NCBI GenBank assembly: GCA_965112735.1
Contig: OZ218962.1
Location: forward strand, 1,674,001-1,738,000
From: Phaeosaccion multiseriatum
Taxonomy: Eukaryota > Protista > Ochrophyta, other classes
DNA length: 64,000 bases
Reading direction: 5' to 3'
How positions within the stretch are numbered: position 1 is the stretch's first letter; each line of letters opens with the position of its first letter. The position numbers and the translations under genes were made by a program. Below, in pieces: positions 1-12,043 of the stretch. The notes beneath the pieces were generated by a model that worked only from the letters and a program-made list of their open reading frames with translations, ran no database searches and was not told the origin of the DNA.

Positions 1-2105
1 CTGCCCGTGACAAGGCCGTCTAAAGTCGATGAGGCAGGCTCCCACAGCTCAATATACCACTCATTCTCACGAGCAATATCGTTACACATTTGCAGGAACT
101 CCTGCACATCAATTCGATCCTTTTCATCCGTGCCTAGTCCTAGCTTCAGCATTTCCACACCTCTCGCGTCCTGAAGAGTCCCGAATGACAGAGAGAGAGA
201 CGGCAAGAGCAATTCACGATCAGCGCCAACAAGTCCGGTGCTCCACCCCCCCAAACTGTTACGTGTATAGCCCCCAGTGGACCTACCATGCTATATCCGG
301 CCCCGTTTAGAGCGCTGTGCAGCTGCCCAGCGGCCAAGAAGCCATTGTGGTCGTGGCCAAGAAGCTCCACACGCGCTCGCAAGCTCTTGAGCCCCCCCAA
401 GCCCCCGCTGGCAATCTCCCAGGCCAGCTTCCTTTCGTGCGCCCCGACTACACCACTGCCCCGCAGTTCTTTACGCTGCTGGTGCTGCTGCCGCCGTCGA
501 GGACTCCATCCAGGCGACTGCTTCCCTGCGTCGCGGCCGGGAGACGCAGAGGGCGACTCCCAAGCCTGCGCAAGCCGATCCGCATGCGCCCCCTGCGGGA
601 CGGGCCCACTCTCAGACCGCACCCCCCTCTCCACCGCTCGCTGCGCCACGTCGACGGAGCGGCCCCAAGTCTCCTCCCCCGCCGACGGCAAGACCGCCGC
701 TATAGTGTCACTTGCTGGATGTGGCGAGTCCTTCGTGGGTCCAGTGGCGGCTCGGGCTCTCTTCAGGGAAGAGTAGCTGTGCTTCAAGTCCTCAATCTCG
801 TCGAAGAAGCCCCGGTCAAACGTGGCGAGCTCTGCCCGCAGCCGCTCGTTCTCCTCCAACAGCCCTTTCTTCTTGCCCAGTACATGCTGGTCCACCAACT
901 TGTGCACGTGTTGCGGGGAGGAGCTCTTGCTCGTTTGAGACGAGCCGTTCGTGTCCTCGCGCGAGTGACCTGCCGCACTGTTAGATCCTGTGACGGGCCG
1001 CTCTTCTGCTCCCCCCTCAGGCGCTGCCATGTCGGCCGTGGCTGGTGACGACGACAGAGGCTTCCTGAGCGCCGCCCCACTTTCCCTGGCAGACTTTCCT
1101 CTAGCCACTGCCTGCACCATTCTCGCCGCTGAATAGCGCCTCTCCTCTTGCAGTGACTCGCGTGCTGGTGGTCTGTCTCGCCAGTGGTCTGATGAGAAGC
1201 CATGGCTCTCCTCCTCCTCCTCCTTCTCCTCCCCCCCTTCCTCCTTCTCCATGGACAGAGGTCTAGCTCGCCGTCTCACGGGAGCAACCCCCAAGAGGTC
1301 GTCCAGCATGGCCGAGACATTGATCATGGCGTCTTCGTCGCCGTAGAGAGAAGCGAGCTCCGCGAGTTCGTGATTTGAAAGGTCGAGAAACAGATCCACT
1401 GCGAGCACCTTTTCCACCTCTGACAAGGGTATCGTTCTGGCGGCACTATTCCTGCTGGAGCTCACTTGAGGAAGAAGAAACTCACCCAGCGTTTCTCCGT
1501 CGATACCTGCAGACTCCATAGCTCCCTCCAATTTGGCCGCTATGGACGCCTTGCTAGAGCCAGGCGAAAACGCCACTCTGACGGCCTGGTCCTTGCTACT
1601 GACTACGGGCGACTGGATCCTCTCATGCCCACCATTCCCTCCACAATCATGGTCCGCGCGTGAGTGTCCATACACAAGGCGACTAGGATTGGAGCCGTCG
1701 AGACTGACAGTGTCGAACGCCCTCCCCTGGACGTAAAGGGCTGACCCTTGGACTTCCACTCCATCTGCATCGAGCAACCCTGTGCTTTGGCGGCTCTTGG
1801 GGGGGCTTCTACTCCTGCTGCCACCGCTTCTCGGCTCCAGCCTTGTCACGGTCGTCTGCAAGTCACTCTCCACCTCCTGCGAAATCCGGGGCGCACATGC
1901 TCAGAACATACACGCGTGTGGGAGGGACAAGTACACATCAAGCCCCCAGACTCACCTTGTGCGCATGCTGGAGCCACTCCTTCACCTGCTTGGCCTCCGC
2001 CGCTTTGAGTGTCTCCCTGAGCCTCTTCTCCGTTTGCTGAATTCCTTTCGAGCGCCTTTTGTCGCCGCCCCTGCTGCCGCGGCGGTCACCGCCACCAATC
2101 ACCAT
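1..2105 (-). CDS. Spliced hypothetical protein with EF-hand-like segment, IQ-like motif and CEP290-C-terminus-like motif; 3' end unclear, probably beyond the window start
   Basis: ATG at 2105 (MVIGGGDRR...), GT-AG intron ~1955-1878 joining ORF 146..1873. Motifs AARMVQAVARGKSAR (IQ-like) and ENERLRAELATFDRGFFDEIEDLKHSY. A further donor lies near 286. Confidence 0.6.
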
Positions 2106-2342
2106 GGCGCGTCCAAGGGAGATGGGCCCCTCACCTCTCCTCGCCCGCTGACACCACTTTAACCTAATATCAACTCAACAGGTGTAACCGTGTGTATGTC
2201 AGTGATGAACATCCCAGCCACGGAAACTGGGGGACGATAATCGTGGCTCTCCCCTTTCTCCCCCCCTACACGCCCAACACAAGCAGCAGGAGGAGTGACA
2301 AGAGCCGAGGGACGCCAGAGCGCTTGGCGCTGCAGGGGCAAG

Positions 2343-4239
2343 ATGGATACCCCGAAAAGTGAGATAAGGTGGTACGCAAGAAGAGAAGTCTTTGCACCTC
2401 CTCTCATCGATCTGTCCTGCCTCGTATCCTCCCGGCTCTTCATCTCGCTCCACCACTCAGGCAAGAAGAAGGCAAAGCGAGACAAGGAGAGCTCCTCGTC
2501 GGCACCTGCGGCGAGCACAGAGCATATGATTGTTCCAGAGAAGACCACTCCCAAGCTGGATACGTCCTCGTGGCCGCTCCTCCTCAAGAACTATGACCAG
2601 CTGCACGTGCGCTCTGCGCACTTCACACCCATTCCTTCCGGGTGCTCTCCCCTCAAGCGAGAGCTCAAGGACCACATGGTAAGTGGATGGAGCGCATTCG
2701 AAGGGGAGGAGGAGGAGTGTGCAGGACATGAAGCGGGTACGATGCTCTCGCTCGTCTCAAAACTATCGTGCCTGTTCGTGTCTCGCGCCCTTCTCTTTCT
2801 CCTTCAGACCTCCGGGGTGATCAACTTGGACAAGCCGGCAAACCCTTCCTCGCACGAGGTGGTGGCCTGGGTCAAGAGGATTCTTCGAGTAGAGAAGACG
2901 GGCCACAGTGGCACGCTTGATCCAAAGGTACGCTGCTCCTCTGGTACCCAACCATGCTCTGTATACAGGCTTTACAAAGCCTAGATGTTAGCGACGGAGG
3001 GTTCTCGTTGCCCAACGGAAGATGGGGGGGCATAGGTATCAAATCTCGTGCTCCTCCTCTCGCTCGCGCTCAAGGTCTCTCTTTCTCTCTCCCTCCCTGC
3101 TTGTCATGATGCCTCACCTCGGGCGATCACAGGTTACTGGGTGCTTGATCATATGTATAGACCGAGCCACGCGGCTGGTGAAGGCGCAGCAGGGGGCAGG
3201 GAAGGAGTACGTGGCAGTGGTGCGGCTGCACAGTGCCTTGGATAGCGAGGGAAAGCTGGGGAGAGCCATTGAGACTCTGACGGGTGCTCTGTTCCAAAGA
3301 CCCCCCCTTATCTCTGCGGTCAAGAGGCAGCTGAGAATAAGGACTATTTACAAGAGCAAGCTCATTGAGTACGACAATGCCCGGCACCTGGGCATCTTTT
3401 GGGTCAGCTGCGAGGCAGGGACGTATATTCGAACCCTCTGCGTTCACTTGGGCCTGCTCACCGGCGTGGGGGGGCACATGCAGGAGCTGCGGCGAGTGCG
3501 CTCGGGGGCACTGGACGAGAACAAGCACCTGGTGACAATGCACGACGTGCTGGACGCGCAGCATGTGTACGACAACACCAAGGACGAGACTTACCTCCGG
3601 AGAGTAGTCTTGCCGCTCGAGATTTTGCTGCGCGGCTTCAAGCGGCTGGTCGTCAAGGACAGCGCGGTCAATGCCATTTGCTACGGGGCTAAGTTCATGC
3701 TACCGGGTCTGCTGCGCTTCGCAGACAACATTGAAGTGGGCGAGGAGATTGTCATGATTACTACAAAGGGAGAGGCAATCGCCATGGGTATTGCCCAGAT
3801 GACCACTTCTGTGATGAGTTCGTGCTCACATGGAACTGTTGCAAAGATTAAGCGTTGCGTGATGAGTCGCGAGACATACCCGAGGAGATGGGGCCTCGGC
3901 CCGGTTGCCCAGCGCAAGAAGCAAATGATCAAGGAAGGCAAGCTCGACAAGCACGGAAAGCAGAACTCCAACACCCCGGCAGACTGGAAAAACGGCTACG
4001 TTGATTTTACGCCCAAGAAGAACGGCGAATCTACACCCGCACCAGCAGCAGCGGGAGCAGCAGGAGCTGCAGAGTCACCACCAGCAGCAGCGGCTCCTCC
4101 GGGTGAGGAGAAGAAGGAGAAGAAGCAAAAGAAGGACAAGAAGGACAAGAAGGAGAAGAAAAGAAGCAAGGAGGACGCATCGCCTGAAACGAAATCTGAG
4201 AAGAAGAAGAAGAAGAAGAAGAGTAAGGAGGAGGAGTAG
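2343..4239 (+). CDS. DKC1: Dyskerin / H/ACA snoRNP pseudouridine synthase Cbf5 (4 exons)
   Basis: [46 protein letters not shown] (catalytic Asp), PUA domain and Lys-rich tail. Exons ~2343-2358, 2461-2678, 2809-2927, 3133-4239. Confidence 0.97.
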
Positions 4240-4647
4240 GAGGGGGAAGAGGAGGGCAATAGGCTGGATCGATCGACGACAAGGATATATACGATCGTGA
4301 CGCACCACATTTACGGACCGACTGACTGACTGATTCACTTACTCACTGCTAACATTTGTCGTAAATAATAGATAGCAGGTTCGGAGGGGGCTAAAACCTT
4401 ACAGGACCCCACCGGCAGATCCAATTCGACACTGATATTTGTACCTGTCGTCGGCCCCGATGTGGTTCTACATCGAGGCCAGTATGTCCGTGTGTGTGTC
4501 TGTGTGCGTATGTGTGTTGTGGGTAAGGCCTGCCACATCGTTCATCAGGGGTGATGGTCATAGGTGCTGCGGTGGAGAGAGGAGTGCTTGACAGTGTGGG
4601 CAGTGCTGGGCTTCGGGGGGTTGTTGCAGGGAAATAGGGTAGACCAT

Positions 4648-5122
4648 CCTTCCCTCCCTCCCTCCCTCCCTCCCTCCCTCCCTCCCTCCCTCCCTCCCTC
4701 CCTCCCTCCCTCCCTCCCTCCCTCCCTCCCTCCCTCCCTCCCTCCCTCCCTCCCTCCCTCCCTCCCTCCCTCCCTCCCTCCCTCCCTCCCTCCCTCCCTC
4801 CCTCCCTCCCTCCCTCCCTCCCTCCCTCCCTCCCTCCCTCCCTCCCTCCCTCCCTCCCTCCCTCCCTCCCTCCCTCCCTCCCTCCCTCCCTCCCTCCCTC
4901 CCTCCCTCCCTCCCTCCCTCCCTCCCTCCCTCCCTCCCTCCCTCCCTCCCTCCCTCCCTCCCTCCCTCCCTCCCTCCCTCCCTCCCTCCCTCCCTCCCTC
5001 CCTCCCTCCCTCCCTCCCTCCCTCCCTCCCTCCCTCCCTCCCTCCCTCCCTCCCTCCCTCCCTCCCTCCCTCCCTCCCTCCCTCCCTCCCTCCCTCCCTC
5101 CCTCCCTCCCTTCCTCCCTCCC
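4648..5122. repeat. (TCCC)n / (GGGA)n tetranucleotide microsatellite, ~470 bp
   Basis: Nearly perfect tccc repeat read directly from the sequence. Confidence 0.98.
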
Positions 5123-5127
5123 TGAGG

Positions 5128-5224
5128 TATTGAGCTATCGCTTTTGCCGGCGTCAACCGGCACGCTATCAGCTATTGATGCGTGCCGAGGGGCTGTTAGC
5201 TGAGGTATCGGCGATAGCTCAATA
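5128..5224. repeat. Short inverted repeat (14-bp arms), possible MITE remnant
   Basis: tattgagctatcgc (5128-5141) and gcgatagctcaata (5211-5224). Confidence 0.5.
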
Positions 5225-5522
5225 GGGAGAGGGAGGGGGTGGGGTCCGGACAGGATTATGGTATGCGTTGTCAATAATCACCAATCAGGCCTGGCATCGG
5301 CCATACTCATTAATCAGTGTGGCTGGTGCCGGCCATAATTCCTGCTGGCACGCTACTGGCGGCCGGTCGGTAGCAGGTAGCACGCCAGCTGACGCGTACG
5401 CGTAGCAGGTAGCAGCTAGCTCGCGTGCAGCTGATGGTTCGCCGGCCGGCCGGTCGGCAGGTAGCAGGTCAAGGCCGGCTGACCCCGGCGGTAGCAGGTG
5501 GCATGTTAGCCCTGACTGAGGG

Positions 5523-5723
5523 TCGGCCCCTGACATGCTTCTGAGACAGGCCAGCCCAGAAGCAGAAAGCAGCCTTGCCCTCATCATTGCCTTATTACAT
5601 GGCTTTCCCCCAGAACCTGGAACCTGCCTGGCCGGCTGGCACCGGCCAGAAGCAGGAAGCAGGCCGGCTGGCACCGGCCAGAAGCAGGAAGCAGGGTCGC
5701 CTCAGAACCATGTCAGGGGCCGA
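5523..5723. mobile_element. MITE with 23-bp TIR and 6-bp TSD (tgaggg)
   Basis: TIR tcggcccctgacatgcttctgag / ctcagaaccatgtcaggggccga (1 mismatch); tgaggg at 5517-5522 and 5724-5729; internal ccagaagcaggaagc repeats. Confidence 0.75.
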
Positions 5724-5926
5724 TGAGGGTCGTGAGGTCGTGTGGTCGAGTGTGGTAGTGAGACAGGTCGTGTGGTAGTGAGACAGTAGTGAGACAGAGG
5801 AATATAAATTTCAGCTCGCTTGACCGCGTTTCTTCTTCCCCCCAGCCCTTTTAGACTTCAGAGAAAAAGCTCCCTCTCTCTCCCTTTTGTGTAGCCCCCT
5901 CTTCTTGTTCCTGCGGAGTACCCAAT

Positions 5927-7238
5927 ATGGCGACTGAGAGCAAGGGAGACGATGCTCCGGATGTGGAGATGAAGGGAACGGAGACGGAGCAGGTAAGGAC
6001 GGACCCGCCCCAGCAAAATGAAATGGGGGGAAGTGTCTGAACCGAGTCTTGATGTCTCCTGTGCACTCATGTGGCTGGCTCTTCGCTTCGCCGACTACAG
6101 GCAGGGGCAGCACCAGCAATAGGACAAGGCTCCGGCCCGCCGCGTTTCGAAATCAAGAAGTGGAATGCCGTGGGTAAGTTTGAGGCCTTTGAGCCCGCCC
6201 CCAATTTGCTTCACAGCCTACCAAACGGTTGAAGTGGACACCCCGAAACGCCGTTGACATGCCTGCGCTTGCTGCTGCTGCTGCTGCTGCTGCTGCTTCT
6301 GCCGTGCCCTTGTCTGTGTCGTGTCTCGTAGCGATGTGGTCGTGGGACATTTGCGCGGACACGTGCGCCATTTGCCGGAACTCGTTGAACGAGCCATCGA
6401 TAGAGTACCAGGTACGCGTGTGCAGAGAAGCCTCGACGAGAGCTGCTTGCACTACGCCGATGAGATGGGGATGGATTTATTGATGTGGTGTTGTCTCTCT
6501 GCCGCGCACCTTCACCCTGTGTTACCATGTTTACGTCCCTGTGGTGCCGTCTTGATCTCGTCCAGGCCAACCCTTCTCCAAACAACGAGAACGGACTGTC
6601 AATTGCCTTCGGCTGCTGCGGGCATGTGTTCCACCTGGTAAGTCTTTTGTGATGGTGGCTGTTGTGATGGTGGCTGTTGCTGCCTTCACTGTGTGCTGCC
6701 TAACACTACAGCTGGACTACATCCTCTCGTTGCGCAGGATTGCATTCAGCGGTGGCTCAAGACCCGATCTGTTTGCCCGCTGTGCAACAAGGAATGGGTA
6801 CGTGGCTGCCGTGGACGTGCTCGGGCTGAGTCCTTTGCGATGCTTCTGCTTGGAGCTTTACCTTACGTGCACCCTAGGCAGCGCCGAGGGCGAGGCGTGG
6901 AGGTGCCTACATAAGCCAAGCCCCCCCCTCATTGCTACTTGCGACTCTTGCTCAACAACCCTTCTCTTTCCGTGTCTCTTGCTTCGATGTGCTTGTTGTT
7001 TGTGACCACCCTCTCTTCAGGAATTTGCGAAAATCGAAAGTGAGTGTGCAGGAAAGAGAGAGAGAGAGAGAGACAGAGAGAAGCAGCAACTCGTGGCGTT
7101 GTTGTGCCTCCGTGTAGGACAGCGAGATATTGTTGCACTGCTTCTTGTCTCACCCCGTGAACCTCCGCCCTCCTGTGAACCCGCCCCCACCGCCCGCCCT
7201 TGTCAGGAATTCCGGGCTACGGAAGCTTGGGGGCGTAG
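5927..7238 (+). CDS. RBX1: RING-box protein 1 (SCF/CRL E3 ligase subunit), multi-exon
   Basis: Spliced product RFEIKKWNAV|AMWSWDICADTCAICRNSL...GCCGHVFHL|DCIQRWLKTRSVCPLCNKEW|EFAKIE|RIPGYGSLGA*. Confidence 0.93.
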
Positions 7239-7889
7239 CGCCCGAGTCTCTTTCGCCCAGCGGGACTCCTCCTCGCCACCCCCCGCCCTTGGCCAGCTCA
7301 AGGGCAGCTTGGTGGGGGGGGGCACTCTTTCTTTCCTGCCTTGTAGGGGGCTTGCTCGGCGGCCCTTGAGGAGGATCCTCAGCTCAGGGCTCCGCTTCGA
7401 GAGTGCACAACTTTGTCGTGGCTGTCAGACTGTCACATACTTAGCGCATGTACATAAATAGAGAAAGCATCCATCTATGAACCCGTCTTTATCCATCTCT
7501 GCATGAGGAGGAGGGAAAGTTTCAGTTATGTTTCCTCTTCGACAATGCCATCGCCATCTGTGAAGCACGAATAACCACTCCCCTGAGCAGATTGCTTTCG
7601 CCGTCTCGTCAGCTGCAGCCACCAGATGTTTTGCTTTTTGCTCTCGGAACGAGAGCGAGCCTTCCTGGGTCGGCTCAACCGCGGAGCCGGTCCTGCACTC
7701 CCCCTCCCCGGCCTGGAGGGGGAGTAACCGGCTCGAGCGCCCCGGAGACAGGGCTTCTCCTGGTCGACGTTACTTTTAGACAATCACAGATGGCACTCAA
7801 TGGTGTATAGCCTAAGGAGAAAAGTCCTTTGCTCTTCCCAGTTAAGCGTATCATCCTTCCTCCATCCAGAGGAGCTTTTGGATGTGGCC

Positions 7890-8881
7890 ATGGCGCAAAC
7901 ATTCAGAAGCGTGGCCTTCGCGGACGAGATGTGAGCCGAATATCGAAGATATTTATGTGTTTGTTTATTTCCCCCACATCTTACGTTCCAACGAAAAGCG
8001 ACCTCAACCTGTACGTTCCCTCTACGCATGCTGCAGGAACCCCTCCCGCCGGAACACGATGGAGGATGCCCATCGGATCGTGCCGAACTTCGACAACGAC
8101 CCATCCATGAGCTTCTTCGCCGTTTACGATGGCCATGGAGGTGAGCAGGATGAGGCGGATATTGGGGGGGGGGGCGTGGTCTAGGAGTGCTTATTGAGCG
8201 TGCATGCCCCGAACCACAGGTCGAGGAATTGTGGACTTTTTGGAGACGCGCTTGGAGCAGAACATTGCCACAGAGCTGCGAGTGAACGACAGTGCTAGCG
8301 TGAAAGAGCGATTAGAGAGGGCCTACCTTACCACGGACATTGAGAGCAAGGCCGCGAATCTGGTAACCTCTGGAGCGACCGCTGTCACATGTTTGTTGAG
8401 GCGCGAGGAGTCTGGGCTAGTGCTCCACACCGCGAACCTGGGTGACAGCCGAGCAGTGTTGTGTCAAGGAGGTGCGACCCATCGGCTCACATACGACCAT
8501 AAGGCGGAAGACAAGGCAGAGCAGGCACGGATAGAGGCAGCGGGGGGCTTCATATTGCGCAACCGCGTGCTCGGTATCTTGGCGGTGTCCCGCAGCTTCG
8601 GGGACCATGGCATGAAGGAGTTTGTGTGCGCAGCGCCGTACGTGAGCAGAGTAAGCGTCAACGGGAGTGGGCCCGACCCACCATCGCCCGGAGACTCCCA
8701 ACCTTTTCTCATAATTGCGTGCGATGGAGTGTGGGACGTGCTCTCAGACGAGGAGAGTGCGCAGCTGGTGGCGGAGGAGCAAAGCAAGGGCAACGAGGCC
8801 GAGGCCGCGCAGGCGCTCGTGCAGGAGTCGCTGCGGAGAGGGAGCACAGACAACATCACCGTCATTGTCGTGTACTTATGA
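7890..8881 (+). CDS. Protein phosphatase 2C (PPM family), 3 exons
   Basis: RRNTMEDAH, FFAVYDGHGG, ANLGDSRAVLC, LAVSRSFGD, IIACDGVWD, GSTDNITV motifs. Confidence 0.93.
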
Positions 8882-9049
8882 CACAGAAACCCAATGTGGA
8901 CTTAGGGATCGCGTCGTATGACGACTCCCAGGCTTGACATTTGATAGATATGCGTTTCGCAACGGCAAATGATAGTCCCGAGTCCAAACCACACAAGAAC
9001 AGGGGGCCGCTTGCCAATACATATATGTATTTATATATATATATAACCT

Positions 9050-9928
9050 TCACGTCCTGTCAATGACCGCATAGAGGACGCCGGCCAAAGCAAATGTAAA
9101 GATAATGCACATGGCGTCTACACAAAACTTGTCTGCGGCCCTGACCTTCTTGAGCACCTCCTTCATGCGCTTGTTGGAATTCTGCACGTGCTCTCGAGCC
9201 TCCGTCATATCCTCGTCCAGGACGTCGAGAGCCACCTCCTGCCTCTTTTGCTCTTCGTTCATGGCTCTGGCCTTCGCGCCCATCTTCTCCACCTCATCCT
9301 CGATGATGCTCAGATACTTGTTCTCCATGTCCTGCTGACGCTCTCGGATTGCCTGAATACGAACGTGCTGCTGCTGCGTCAGCTTTGCCGGGCGAGCGTC
9401 CTGATTCGGCCCGGACAGCGCTGGTTGCTCTTGGATCGCGGCTAGAGACACCCCCCCCGCCCCCGCGCCCCCCTGCATGCCATTCACAACCCCTTGCTGA
9501 TGAATTCCCTTGAGTTCGGAGATTTCACTCCGAAGGTCGGTCAGCAGCTGTCTTCGAATCTGCATCTCCTCCTTCGACACCTTGCTCCTCTTCTTTCTTT
9601 GTTCCTTCTGGTGAATGCTGTTCAGCTCCGCCCATTCCGTGTCCAGGCTTCTCAGCTGCGAACGAAGCTCCTGGTTCTTAGCAATAATCGCCTGAGGGTC
9701 TGTGACCGAGGAGAGCATCTTCTTGCCACCCGACTCGTCCATCAAGTTACACGTCTCCGATAACCTTCGCAGAATAGAAGACTTGAGCATTGCGAAGCGC
9801 TCTTCCTTCTTCCCCCCCCTTTTGGACTGCTTGCTCTCATCGCCCTCGTCGCCCTTCACGTCTCTCTGAATCGCTCGCAGCTGGGACAGCAAAATGTCCA
9901 GCTCCCGGTCCTCCTTTGAGGCCGGCAT
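9050..9928 (-). CDS. Qc-type SNARE / syntaxin-like (SYP7-like) tail-anchored protein
   Basis: Helical N-terminal bundle, SNARE-like heptad region with central Q (EEQKRQEVALD), C-terminal TM helix (FCVDAMCIIFTFALAGVLYAVI). Confidence 0.7.
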   Translation of the reverse strand: MPASKEDRELDILLSQLRAIQRDVKGDEGDESKQSKRGGKKEERFAMLKSSILRRLSETCNLMDESGGKKMLSSVTDPQAIIAKNQELRSQLRSLDTEWAELNSIHQKEQRKKRSKVSKEEMQIRRQLLTDLRSEISELKGIHQQGVVNGMQGGAGAGGVSLAAIQEQPALSGPNQDARPAKLTQQQHVRIQAIRERQQDMENKYLSIIEDEVEKMGAKARAMNEEQKRQEVALDVLDEDMTEAREHVQNSNKRMKEVLKKVRAADKFCVDAMCIIFTFALAGVLYAVIDRT

Positions 9929-10069
9929 CTGTCTGCACCTGGGCGCCCTCTGCGGTACGTCCTTTCTTTTCTTGCCCTTGTTTTTCTCTCTCTCTCTCCC
10001 GGGCCTCCGGTCTCATTGACATAAATATTTCCTTAACCGCCCGATTACCATATACAGGCAGGAGAGGGG

Positions 10070-11138
10070 ATGAGTGGGACGCGCGATGCATATGACAGCG
10101 AGGATAGCGAGGCAGAGGAGCATGTCCAGTACAAGGTCATCCTCCTGGGGGATGGGGCCGTTGGGAAAACCTCCATAGCTACCCGTTTTACCCAGGTACG
10201 GAGGAGAGGCAAGAGAGGATGCAAAGCTGAGGCGATTGGTTTACGAGCATGCCTCTTCCTTTCATTGCACAGGACAATTTTTCTTCGAGCTACAAGCAGA
10301 CGATCGGCTTGGACTTTTTCATCAAGCGCGTCGTTCTGCCAGGAGGTGAGAAGAGGCGTTGGAGAAAGAGAAAGGAGGGGAAGATGCTAAAGGCCGCTCT
10401 TCTCTCTTGACACCCTGTGCTTGCGCAGGTCTGCACGTGGCCCTGCAAATCTGGGACATTGGAGGGCAGTCGTTGGGCAGCAAGATGATCACAAACTATA
10501 TTTTCGGTGCGTACCAGCAGGTCTTTCCGGGAACGGGTGTTGCGTGCTCTTGCTCATCGCCCCCTCCCTCCTGTCCCCCTCTCGAAACTTGTGTGTATGT
10601 GTATATACAGGAGCGCACGCGGTGTTGCTGTGCTACGACATTACCAGCTATGAGAGCTTTCAGAATCTGGAGGACTGGTACCGGTTGCTCCGGATCACGT
10701 TCAAAGACAAGGAGGTGCGCGCGTCCTTTTCCACACCCAGTCCGGCAGGCCCCTTGTCAAGGGCCCTCATTGCTCACTACTGCTGGCCCTATCCCTAACC
10801 CAACTCACCATGCACAGCTTCCGCACGTGGCGCTCATTGGCAACAAGTGCGACCTGAGTCATGTTCGAGCCGTCAGCAACGAGAAGGCCCACCAGTTTGG
10901 GGACGAGAATCAGGCTGTTATTTATTTCATGAGCGCGAAATCCGGCGACCAAGTGAATGGCTGCTTTTACAGAATCGCTGCTCACTTAGCGGGGGTTGTT
11001 CTCGCCAAGCCGGAGCTCGAGGTGGCCAACACTGTCGTGGAGGCACATATTGTCAACCACCAGCGCCACGACGAGGGAGTCAACGAGGGAAAGGTCCCCG
11101 AGTACAAGAATGACAGGGGCTCGTGCGCGGTCTCCTGA
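10070..11138 (+). CDS. RAB28: Rab28 small GTPase (cilium-associated), multi-exon
   Basis: GDGAVGKTS, YKQTIGLDFF, WDIGGQ (Rab28 hallmark), GNKCDL, SAKSGD, C-terminal CAVS CaaX box. Confidence 0.9.
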
Positions 11139-12043
11139 TCCTGACACGCCTTGCTTGACTTTCATCCCCAGTGACTGGTCACTGAACAGTACCTCGGGTG
11201 GGGAGAAGGGCGCCTGCAAGCCAGCCGCCATACCAGCCGTCTGGCGTACAGGGCATTTCCTCCACGCAGCATAGCAGGCCCTCTTGTTTGCCTCCTCCCT
11301 TCAGCGGTCTGTTCCGGGCTACCTGGAGCCAAAGGTCCCCTCCCCCCTTCGCTCGTGTGCGTGTCAACTTCAGCGGAGGAGCTAATCTGGGGCTGGCCGG
11401 GCAGAAGGAAGAGTCTGGAGCGGGGCAATAGTGCCACGCGGGCATGTCCTTGCGATCCGCCCGACCCCAGGATGCCAGGCGCCCATCGTGACTTTTGTCT
11501 CCGTGTGCCGGGTGGGCTCTTCTTTGACCTGGTCTGCGCGGCGGGTGGAGAGTAGGGTGAGGTGTGAGGAGGGCGAGGCGAGCCTCTGGATCGCAGCCGA
11601 AAGATGCGGGTGCCAAGCTCCGCCGAGTGAATGTCGCAGCCAACTCAGGAGAGAGCTCAGGCGATCCAACCCACACTCGGCCCCCGTGCACGTCTATTTC
11701 GTGGGTGAGGGGAGAGAGGGAGCCGCCCTCCGTGGATGAGTACTCGCGCCGACATCATCAGTATGCGCCGAACAAGAAGAAGAAATCAGGCCTGGCGACG
11801 GCCATAATTGGGTGCTTGCTCCAAAATAATATTATATACATCTGAAGGCTCAGGAGGATCCGACTGTGCCCTGGCTTCCACTCATTGTTGTGGTGGCATT
11901 GTTGTTTTCATGATTTTCTTTTGTCCGCGAGAAGGGGGGGGGAGGGGGGTTTAGAGTTTAGAGTTTAGAGTTTATTGGCGACGACGCATGGAGTCCCAAC
12001 CCGCCAAGGTGGGCCTTCAACCCACAATTCAACTCACAACACG

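Noticed and set aside
4545-5274. ORFs of GGRE / PSLP repeats
   Set aside because: Translations of the TCCC microsatellite.
11949-11973. (TTTAGAG)3 telomere-like repeat
   Set aside because: Only three copies of a non-canonical unit; not evidence of a telomere or fusion site.
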